Source of the DNA: Planctomycetota bacterium
GTDB taxonomy: Bacteria; Planctomycetota; GCA-002687715; DRQF01
Assembly: GCA_027001995.1 (NCBI GenBank)
Contig: JALTLO010000130.1
Coordinates: forward strand, 21,993-44,057
Direction: 5' to 3'
DNA: 22,065 nt
The notes under the pieces were generated by a model, which saw nothing but the letters and a program-made list of their open reading frames with translations, did no database searches and was not told the DNA's origin. The position numbers and the translations under genes were made by a program. This document shows positions 9,236 through 16,137 of the stretch, piece after piece (position 1 is the first letter of the stretch; each line of letters opens with the position of its first letter).

Positions 9236-10177
9236 TTGCAACCGATTCACTTGGCAGTCAGTGCGGGTGATCCCCAGGGGGTGGGGCTCTACGTTGCTCT
9301 TCACGGCATCACCCAGGCCATGGGGCAAGATCCCTTGTTGCGGGTGACCTTGTGTGGTCCCCAGCGACAGCTAATGGGATTGGTGGATGCCCATGAATTT
9401 AGTCTGGACTTCCATCGCTTGGCAATTGTTGATTGTCCTTTCGAAGCGTCTGGCTCGGGGCCTTCCGCTTCTGGTGGCGCTTGTTCCCTGGAGGCGCTCA
9501 ACGCCGCAGCATCCTTGGTCGAGAGTGGGGAAGCTCAGGCCATTGTGACATCCCCTTTATCAAAAGAAGCCGTGGCTATGGGGGAGCCCGGGTTCACCGG
9601 CCATACGGACTACTTAGCCCAGCGCTCCCAAGCGTCTGTTCTCATGATGTTGGCGAACAGATTCTTGCGTGTTTCACTGGCCACAACCCATCTTCCGCTT
9701 TGTGAAGTGGGAGCGAGCTTGTCTGAGGAGAAGTTGCTGTCCCAACTCACCCTCCTACGTTCAGAGGTGAGCAAACGCTTTTGTTGCTGTGAGCCTCAAA
9801 TCGCTGTCTTGGCTCTGAATCCTCATGGGGGAGAGAACGGATTGTTGGGTAAAGAAGAAGAAACGATTATTCGACCTGCTATTCACGCCGCTGGGGGAGC
9901 CGCCGCAGGTATTTGGGGGCCTTTCTCCGCTGATACCTTTTTCTTGCCAGGGCGCTTCGAAAAGTATGACGCTGTTCTTGCCATGTATCATGATCAAGGG
10001 CTGATCCCAGTGAAGATGTTGGGCCCTCATGAGACTGTCAACATCACTCTTGGCCTCCCTTATGTGCGTACATCTCCAGATCACGGGACAGGTTTCGACC
10101 TTGACCCAGCCATCTTGCCCAATGGGGAAAGCATGCTGGCGGCCATCCATGAAGCGAAGCGCTTAGTGAGGATCTGA
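9236..10177 (+). CDS. pdxA: 4-hydroxythreonine-4-phosphate dehydrogenase (PdxA family)
   Basis: GDPQGVG, GHTDYL, TTHLPL, LNPHGGENG, YHDQGLIPVK and GLPYVRTSPDHGT motifs. Confidence 0.95.
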   Translation: MQPIHLAVSAGDPQGVGLYVALHGITQAMGQDPLLRVTLCGPQRQLMGLVDAHEFSLDFHRLAIVDCPFEASGSGPSASGGACSLEALNAAASLVESGEAQAIVTSPLSKEAVAMGEPGFTGHTDYLAQRSQASVLMMLANRFLRVSLATTHLPLCEVGASLSEEKLLSQLTLLRSEVSKRFCCCEPQIAVLALNPHGGENGLLGKEEETIIRPAIHAAGGAAAGIWGPFSADTFFLPGRFEKYDAVLAMYHDQGLIPVKMLGPHETVNITLGLPYVRTSPDHGTGFDLDPAILPNGESMLAAIHEAKRLVRI

Positions 10178-10353
10178 ATAATTCGCGACCACGTGGTAAA
10201 AGTGGTCTTCAGAATCGTTGTTCTGACATGATGACCCATGACCTTTGTCTGGGTTCGCTTCGATTGCCCCCCATCCCATCTATAGTCGCCACAGGCAAGA
10301 TTGTGTGGTGGACATGATTCTTGATTCACAATGGAGCGAGTACGGAGGGTGCT

Positions 10354-11070
10354 GTGACCTCACGAAAGAAACGACTTCTCTTCGACGTCTTGGACAATGT
10401 CTTTGAGCCAGCAGACGAGTTTGATCGTTTGCCAAAGCACAAGAAAAGCCGCCCGAAGAAGAAAAATCCCAAGAAGGCTACGAAGAAGGCCAGTACGAAA
10501 CCCAAGAAAAAGGCCAGGGCCAAGAACTCTAAGCCCCAAGACAGACTCTACAAAAGCCATAAAATCAAACCCGAATCGTCGGGGAATCCGGAGCTGAGCC
10601 TGACCTTAGAAAAGGCTGGCGCCATCGGTTTCGTGGTGATCGTTCTCATTGCCTCCGCATATCAGTTGGGTTTGAGCCACGGCGATGACGGAATTCTTGG
10701 AGAAAATTCGGCCCCATTAAGCCGAGACGCCAAGCCCGGAAACAGTCGTTTCGATCGGTCTGTGAACCATTTCGCCATCAAAGCAACCACGCTTCCTTAT
10801 AGCGAATTCACCATTAAGTCGGCAAAACAGCAAGCTCGTGAATACTTAACTCTTTTGTGGGATGCAGGTTACGGCGATGCAACCCATACCTACATGGTCG
10901 ACCCAAGCGAAAAAGGCCGCGGCAAGATCGTCATTTGGTTAGGGCATTCGAAAAGTAAGAAACCTCTGAAATCCATGGCCAATAAGGTGCGCTCCCTACA
11001 AAGCATTGAAGGGGCCCCTTTCAAGCGGGCTTACATCACGTTATTTTCCGACCCCAAAAAGAAGGGCTGA
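10354..11070 (+). CDS. Hypothetical bitopic membrane protein: Lys-rich N-terminus, one TM helix, basic C-terminal domain (possibly SPOR-like)
   Basis: Open frame 10321-11070; GTG at 10354 follows GGAGGG. KKPKKK-rich tract, then TM GAIGFVVIVLIASAYQLG. The C-terminal pattern FAIKA...AREYLTLL...IVIWLG...AYI suggests a beta-alpha-beta-beta-alpha-beta fold. Confidence 0.7.
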   Translation: MTSRKKRLLFDVLDNVFEPADEFDRLPKHKKSRPKKKNPKKATKKASTKPKKKARAKNSKPQDRLYKSHKIKPESSGNPELSLTLEKAGAIGFVVIVLIASAYQLGLSHGDDGILGENSAPLSRDAKPGNSRFDRSVNHFAIKATTLPYSEFTIKSAKQQAREYLTLLWDAGYGDATHTYMVDPSEKGRGKIVIWLGHSKSKKPLKSMANKVRSLQSIEGAPFKRAYITLFSDPKKKG

Positions 11071-11123
11071 GCCACCATGGAGGTGGAAGTTCTTTGGGAT
11101 GAGCTGATATCAGGAGCAAAATT

Positions 11124-11324
11124 GTGTCTTTGCACAAAAGTCTATCATCGGGCGGCAAATTGGCCCGCACAAGAAGCGTCTTCACTCGCGCCGAGCGTAT
11201 TGCAAAATTGACCGAAGAAGGTCGTTTTATCGAGGGCGATGACGTCTACGGTCTTCCCAAGGTTCGCACGACCTTCAAAGTGAAGGGCAAGAAAAAGAAG
11301 AAGAAGGACGACGACGATAAGTAG
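11124..11324 (+). CDS. PVC-superphylum small basic signature protein (TIGR04137-type)
   Basis: MSLHKSL...R.RSV.TRAERI..L...GR......YGLPKVR followed by a Lys-rich tail; GTG start after AGGAG. Confidence 0.9.
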   Translation: MSLHKSLSSGGKLARTRSVFTRAERIAKLTEEGRFIEGDDVYGLPKVRTTFKVKGKKKKKKDDDDK

Positions 11325-11393
11325 GGTCATTCCTCTTGTCTTCCTTCGAATTCGCTTGGGTTTGAATACCTAATCTGTCCTCAGGAATGCACC

Positions 11394-11538
11394 AAGGGGG
11401 CACAGTCTGCCCTCCAGACTCCACGCATTTACCCTGAGACCTCGGAAAACCGGCTCGAAATTCCCCAAGGAATGTCGAAGTCGGTTTTCGCAATTGTCCC
11501 CAACGAAGTTTGGGCCCGATGGTGGCGAGTCCTTTTTT
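11394..11538 (+). ncRNA. Candidate structured RNA or leader upstream of queE, unclassified
   Basis: Long hairpin at 11445-11489; further pairing of 11414-11420 with 11507-11513 and of 11394-11401 with 11529-11536; G.U pairs form on the plus strand; ends in a T6 run. Confidence 0.35.
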
Positions 11539-11622
11539 CGGATCGAATCAATGTAGGTTGCCATGTCCAGGGCAACGATTGGGGCAGCCCCAGCACCGTG
11601 AGAGTTTCCAGGGCCATTTCTT

Positions 11623-12387
11623 ATGAACACCACTGACAGCGAAATCATCGAGATCTTCTCTGCGATCCAAGGGGAAGGCCCCATCATTGGTTGTCGTCAG
11701 CTGTTCTTGCGTTTTGGTCAATGTGATGTCAAGTGCGCCTACTGTGACACGCCCCTTTGCCATGCCCCAGTGAGTCATGGAACGGTGGAGCAAACTGCCG
11801 GCGCCCGGGATTTTGAGAGGTTCCCAAACCCCGTTCCTGTCGAACAGTTGGCTGAGTGGATTAAAAGACTGGTCGGTGTGGAAGGGATTCACCATTCGCT
11901 TTCTTTGACCGGTGGGGAGCCCCTCATTCACGCTTCCACAATCTTAGCTCTTAAGCCTTTGCTCGCAGATTTGGACTTGCCGTTTTACTTAGAAACAGAC
12001 GGGCATTTGATTCCCCAACTGAAACAGGTGCAATCTGTTATCGACTCAGCGGGTATGGACATCAAGATTCCTTCTTCCGCCGGTTTTCCCCCCCGCTTTG
12101 ACATCAATCGTACTTTCTTAGAGATCCTCATCGATGCCCAGATTGATGTTTTCGTGAAAATCGTCGTTTCTGAACAAACAAGGGATGAAGAATTGTTGGC
12201 AGCCTTACAGGTGGTCCAAGATGTGGCCCCAGCTACCCACACGATCCTTCAGCCCGTCACGCCGTTTGGAGGGCGGGGCCAACCGCCTACACCCTCACGG
12301 CTCCTTGAACTCGACCATGTGGCAAGGCTGACCTTGCCCCATGTATTTGTCATTCCCCAGACTCACAAGATGTTGAATCAGCTATGA
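11623..12387 (+). CDS. queE: 7-carboxy-7-deazaguanine synthase QueE (radical SAM)
   Basis: EIFSAIQGEG, CDVKCAYCDT (CxxxCxxC), LTGGEP, YLETDG and C-terminal PQTHK motifs. Confidence 0.92.
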   Translation: MNTTDSEIIEIFSAIQGEGPIIGCRQLFLRFGQCDVKCAYCDTPLCHAPVSHGTVEQTAGARDFERFPNPVPVEQLAEWIKRLVGVEGIHHSLSLTGGEPLIHASTILALKPLLADLDLPFYLETDGHLIPQLKQVQSVIDSAGMDIKIPSSAGFPPRFDINRTFLEILIDAQIDVFVKIVVSEQTRDEELLAALQVVQDVAPATHTILQPVTPFGGRGQPPTPSRLLELDHVARLTLPHVFVIPQTHKMLNQL

Positions 12388-13718
12388 GCTTGCCAACAAT
12401 TGCAATCGTAGGCCGTCCAAATGTCGGCAAGTCCTCCTATCTCAACGCCGCTATCGGCCGACGTATTTCCATCGTCGAGCCAACCCCAGGGGTGACCAGA
12501 GACCGGGTTTCCGTGGAAATCGACTGTGGTGACCGGACGGCTATCCTGGTTGATACAGGTGGCATCGGCGTGGTGGACGAGGAGAAACTCGATGATGATA
12601 TCGAGAATCAAATCGACATTGCTCTTCACTTGGCGGATTGTTTGATTTTCATGGTGGACGCGAAGGCGGGGCTTACGCCTTTGGATGAGAGGGTTGCCCG
12701 ACGACTGCGCAAGCTGCAAAAACCCATGATTCTCTGTGCCAATAAAATTGACCATCCAGGAAAAGAGCATTTAGCTTCTGATTTTCTGAAGTTGGGTCTT
12801 GGCGAGCCAATCATTCTTTCAACCAAAGAGCAGATTGGTGTTCAGAAGACCTTAGAAGCGGCATTCGCCTTAATTGACGATGAAGCTATTTGGGGGGACG
12901 AGGGTATCGACCCAGAAATCCCTCGGATCGCTTTTGTAGGCAAACGAAACGTGGGGAAATCAACTATTCTCAACCTCTTGGCCGGAGAAGGCCGGGTGAT
13001 CGTGAGTGATATCGCTGGTACAACCCGAGATGCGGTTGATGTGCCTGTTGAGTACATGGGGCGAAAGCTCGTTGCCATCGATACCGCTGGCATCATGAAG
13101 AAGAGCCGGGTCAAGAGCTCAATTGACTTCTACAGCCAAGCACGGAGTGAGGCAGCAATCCGCCGGGCGGATGTTGTTTTCTTCGTCATTGACCCCACAA
13201 CGGACATTTCCCAGGTTGATAAGAAGATTGCCATGCAAATTGTCGAAACCGGCAGGCCCTGCGTGATCGTAGTGAACAAGTGGGACCTGGCGAAAGACAA
13301 GATCGACACGGGTTCCTTCGCGGAATACATCGAAAAGAAACTGCCAGGGCTTCATTTTGCTCCGGTTGTGGTTGTCTGTGCCATAGAAGGAAAACGTCTT
13401 GAGCAAGCCATTGATGTCGCTTTTGATCTCTTTGATCAAACAACGATTCGCGCCACAACCGGCGAACTCAATCGTGCTGTGGAGGCTGCTTTCGAGCGCA
13501 AGAAGCCCGGTGGGAAGTACGGCTACAAAGCGAAGATTTATTTCACCACTCAAGTCGACCGTTCACCTCCTACTTTTGTTGTATTCGTTAATGAACCTTC
13601 GCTCTTCCCAACCAACTACCGACGGTACATCGAGAATCGTCTGCGGGAGAAGTTTGAGTTTGAGGAAATTCCCGTTCATGTCTTCTTTCGCCGGCGTAAT
13701 TCCCGTTTCCATGATTGA
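12384..13718 (+). CDS. der: Ribosome biogenesis GTPase Der (EngA)
   Basis: Two G domains (GRPNVGKS/DTGG/NKID and GKRNVGKS/DTAG/NKWD) plus a C-terminal KH-like domain (PPTFVVFVN...RYIEN.LRE). ATGA overlap with queE. Confidence 0.98.
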   Translation: MSLPTIAIVGRPNVGKSSYLNAAIGRRISIVEPTPGVTRDRVSVEIDCGDRTAILVDTGGIGVVDEEKLDDDIENQIDIALHLADCLIFMVDAKAGLTPLDERVARRLRKLQKPMILCANKIDHPGKEHLASDFLKLGLGEPIILSTKEQIGVQKTLEAAFALIDDEAIWGDEGIDPEIPRIAFVGKRNVGKSTILNLLAGEGRVIVSDIAGTTRDAVDVPVEYMGRKLVAIDTAGIMKKSRVKSSIDFYSQARSEAAIRRADVVFFVIDPTTDISQVDKKIAMQIVETGRPCVIVVNKWDLAKDKIDTGSFAEYIEKKLPGLHFAPVVVVCAIEGKRLEQAIDVAFDLFDQTTIRATTGELNRAVEAAFERKKPGGKYGYKAKIYFTTQVDRSPPTFVVFVNEPSLFPTNYRRYIENRLREKFEFEEIPVHVFFRRRNSRFHD

Positions 13719-13768
13719 TCAGACCTTTGCGCCGATCTCTCAGCTTCTTCGTTTCTAGGAGTCTCGGA

Positions 13769-14239
13769 ATGACAACAACTTATAAAGCCCTTTCTCTTCT
13801 CCTCATGATCTTAGCTTGTAGCAGTTGCGGGAGTACGCCAACGCCCTATGAAGACGACTGGGAATTGAAGTATCAGCACACCGCTGAATTCATGTGGGAG
13901 CAAGTCCAAGCTGCTTTGGCTAAGCATTTCCAGATCGCCAAGAAAGACTTTGACACCCGCGAGATTGAAACGGAATGGAATGAGCATCTTTCCGTGATGT
14001 CTCACCATGGATACCGAGAACGCCTGATCGTGACTCTCGTGGGAGACGAGATCAAGGGCTTCTCGGTGAATGTCAAAGAAGAGCGGCAGGTCAATACAGA
14101 GCAAGTCAACCCTCAGGCTTCTTCAGAAGCTGATTGGAAAGATTCTGAGGCCGATGGCGGGGCTCTGGCTCGATTCCGGGTTGCGCTCCACCGCCGACTC
14201 CATCCCAAAGAGGGCTGGAAGCAGGAAGGCGTTCGCTAG
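13769..14239 (+). CDS. Putative lipoprotein, possibly BamC/NlpB-like fold
   Basis: ATG at 13769 after AGGAG; hydrophobic stretch LSLLLMILA followed by CSSC (lipobox-like). The pattern W..V..AL..HF.I...D.....IETEW recalls BamC-like domains. Confidence 0.7.
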   Translation: MTTTYKALSLLLMILACSSCGSTPTPYEDDWELKYQHTAEFMWEQVQAALAKHFQIAKKDFDTREIETEWNEHLSVMSHHGYRERLIVTLVGDEIKGFSVNVKEERQVNTEQVNPQASSEADWKDSEADGGALARFRVALHRRLHPKEGWKQEGVR

Positions 14240-14415
14240 ACTCCCTAAACCCCATCTCCAATCGCTCTATCTTCTCCGATCTACGATGACGGTGGTCGTT
14301 CTTTCTCGTTGCTTGAAGGCAGTTGGGGTTTCTCTATGTTCTGTTGCTGTACCTTTTCTGCTTTGTGGCTTGCTGTGGGGAAGCTCCCTCCTTCGGGCAA
14401 GCAGGGCCGGGAGAA

Positions 14416-15132
14416 TTAAGAGTCATCTGGGGTCTTAGGTCTTGGTTTGCCCCTCAGGAATTCCCTTCCAATGAGGTAGAGAATCTTGCAACCAGCACGG
14501 ACGCTGCCACGGATTGTCCCGGAGATTTTGGACTCTCCAATGCGAGGTCGGTAACTCACAGGCACTTCGAGAATGCGCATTTTGTGACGCAAAGCTTTCA
14601 GTTGCATCTCGATTGTCCAGCCCATTCCTCGGTCTTTCATTTCGATTTTATGGAGTGCTTTGCGCGTAATTGCGCGAAATGGTCCAAGATCAGTGAAAGT
14701 TTTACGATAAATTATTGCTAATAATCGCGTTGCCAACCAATTTCCGAAGCGTTGTTGGGGCGTCAAGGCACCGGGTAGTGCAGCGGCCACGCGAGACCCC
14801 AAGACTAAGTCGTATTCACCATCACGAATAGGCTTCAGGAGCTTGGATATTTCACTAGGGTCATCACTGAAATCAGCGTCGAGAAATGCAACAATGTCAG
14901 TCGATGGGGGTAGTTTCTCTAAGGCACACAAGCAGGCGGCTCCGTATCCTGCATGTGGCTCATACGCGACCTCAGCCCCATGTTGGCGCGCAATTGTTGC
15001 CGTGCGATCTTGACTTCCGTTGTCACAAACGATGACATGGTCAACTTCCGCAGGTGGAATTGCCTTGAGCACTTTGCCGATGCTGTCTTCTTCATTTCGC
15101 GCTGGAATGATGACAGTTACGTGAGCTCTCAT
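14416..15132 (-). CDS. Family 2 glycosyltransferase (DPM1-like)
   Basis: VIIPARNEE, CDNGSQD, GYGAA, FLDAD (DxD), LVLGSR, TDLGPFRAI and EVPVSYRPR.GESK motifs. Confidence 0.93.
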   Translation of the reverse strand: MRAHVTVIIPARNEEDSIGKVLKAIPPAEVDHVIVCDNGSQDRTATIARQHGAEVAYEPHAGYGAACLCALEKLPPSTDIVAFLDADFSDDPSEISKLLKPIRDGEYDLVLGSRVAAALPGALTPQQRFGNWLATRLLAIIYRKTFTDLGPFRAITRKALHKIEMKDRGMGWTIEMQLKALRHKMRILEVPVSYRPRIGESKISGTIRGSVRAGCKILYLIGREFLRGKPRPKTPDDS

Positions 15133-15255
15133 GGGCGTGACCTGACTCCGAATATGGACTGTTTCATGAGCACTTTGTGTTCCAACTTTGGGGTGTTTTT
15201 CAAATTCATACGAGAAGAGTGCAGGTTTTTTTCATTACATGTCGATCTTTTCTTG

Positions 15256-15288
15256 TTGAAGGCAGCAAGTTCCTGCCTTATTTTTTTT
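15256..15288 (+). promoter_or_regulatory. Sigma70-like promoter overlapping an inverted repeat, upstream of the H1-like gene
   Basis: TTGAAG-N17-TATTTT at 15256-15284; the same bases form AAGGCAG-N7-CTGCCTT followed by A and T8. Confidence 0.4.
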
Positions 15289-15389
15289 AGTGCTGGTTGA
15301 AGGTAATCGATTACCGGACGCTGGTTGGTTGGAATGGTTTTACGGGACCATCCTCTGACTTCTTTGACTTCTCTAACAGGAGTAAGGAA

Positions 15390-15854
15390 TTGGCCAAGAA
15401 AGTCACAAAAAAGCGGGCCGCCAAAAAGAAGGCCGCCCCTAAGCGTAAAGTCGCTAAGAAGAAGGTTGCTAAAAAAGCAGCTAAGAAAAAAGTTGCCAAA
15501 AAGAAGGTAGCTAAGAAGAAGGCTGCCAAGAAAAAGGTAGCCAAGAAGAAAGTTGCCAAGAAAAAGACAGCCAAAAAGAAGGTTGCCAAGAAAAAGGTAG
15601 CTAAGAAGAAGGTTGCCAAGAAGAAAGCAACGAAGAAGAAGGCTGCCAAGAAAAAGGTAGCCAAGAAGAAAGTTGCTAAGAAGAAGGTAGCCAAGAAAAA
15701 GGCAACTAAGAAGAAAGCAGCCAAAAAGAAGGTTGCTAAGAAAAAAGTTGCCAAGAAAAAGGCAACCAAAAAGAAAGCTGCCAAGAAAAAGGTAGCCAAG
15801 AAGAAGGTTGCCAAGAAAAAGGCAATTAAGAAAAAAGCCGCACGGCGCCGTTAG
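15390..15854 (+). CDS. Histone H1-like, lysine-rich repeat DNA-binding protein (Hc2/AlgP-tail-like)
   Basis: TTG at 15390 after AGGAGTAAGGAA; 154 aa with 86 Lys and no Asp/Glu; [15 protein letters not shown] repeats; followed by its own terminator. Confidence 0.88.
   Translation: MAKKVTKKRAAKKKAAPKRKVAKKKVAKKAAKKKVAKKKVAKKKAAKKKVAKKKVAKKKTAKKKVAKKKVAKKKVAKKKATKKKAAKKKVAKKKVAKKKVAKKKATKKKAAKKKVAKKKVAKKKATKKKAAKKKVAKKKVAKKKAIKKKAARRR
15483..15842 (+). repeat. 24 tandem imperfect 15-bp coding repeats (KKKxx)
   Basis: Each unit is three Lys codons (AAR) plus two codons such as GTTGCC, with synonymous variation between units. Confidence 0.95.
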
Positions 15855-15875
15855 GCCCCGCGGTTTTTCGCATTT

Positions 15876-15908
15876 GAAAAGGGATCGTCGTGAGACGGTC
15901 CCTTTTTC
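15876..15908 (+). terminator. Intrinsic terminator, potentially bidirectional
   Basis: GAAAAGGGATCGTC-GTGA-GACGGTCCCTTTTTC: GC-rich stem, GNRA loop, flanking A and T tracts. Confidence 0.88.
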
Positions 15909-16137
15909 TAGTCCCAATTCTCTCCCGGAAACTCTTCCACCTTCCTCATAGGGCTGAAGGAATGTTCGCTTGTACTGGAGTAGCATTCTCAGTCCTCAGC
16001 GTTTGAAGCACTTTTCTCCTCTACCCCCATGGGAATTCTTTGACATTGAGAGCTCAATTGCTTCCATTGGCAACGTATGAAGCAATGTTTCCACTGGGTG
16101 CCAGCAATCGTTAGTATGTTGCTAGGTAAGTTGTGAG

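Noticed and set aside
11560..11600. CAGG...GCAGCC as SRP (4.5S) RNA helix 8
   Set aside because: Lacks the short stem and GNRA tetraloop between the motifs and a long closing stem.
11623..12387. queE as part of a 7-deazaguanine DNA modification (dpd) or Qat defence system
   Set aside because: No dpdA, tgt-like or queC-like neighbours; the context is housekeeping (der).
14313..15265. Direct repeat TTGAAGGCAG (14313-14322 and 15256-15265) flanking the GT2 gene as a target-site duplication
   Set aside because: Only 10 bp, with no transposase or terminal inverted repeats; compatible with chance.
15407..15413. A_AAA_AAG slippery heptamer in the H1-like gene
   Set aside because: Expected by chance in Lys-rich DNA; the -1 frame stops after about 10 codons and there is no convincing stimulatory structure.
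15483..15842. Repeat array as a CRISPR or non-coding satellite
   Set aside because: No unique spacers, a strict 15-nt in-frame period, and no cas genes.
15129..15986. Minus-strand hydrophobic repeat ORFs (285 aa LFLG-rich and 167 aa ATFFL-rich)
   Set aside because: Antisense shadows of the Lys repeat; the plus-strand frame has the RBS, terminator and synonymous-variation pattern.
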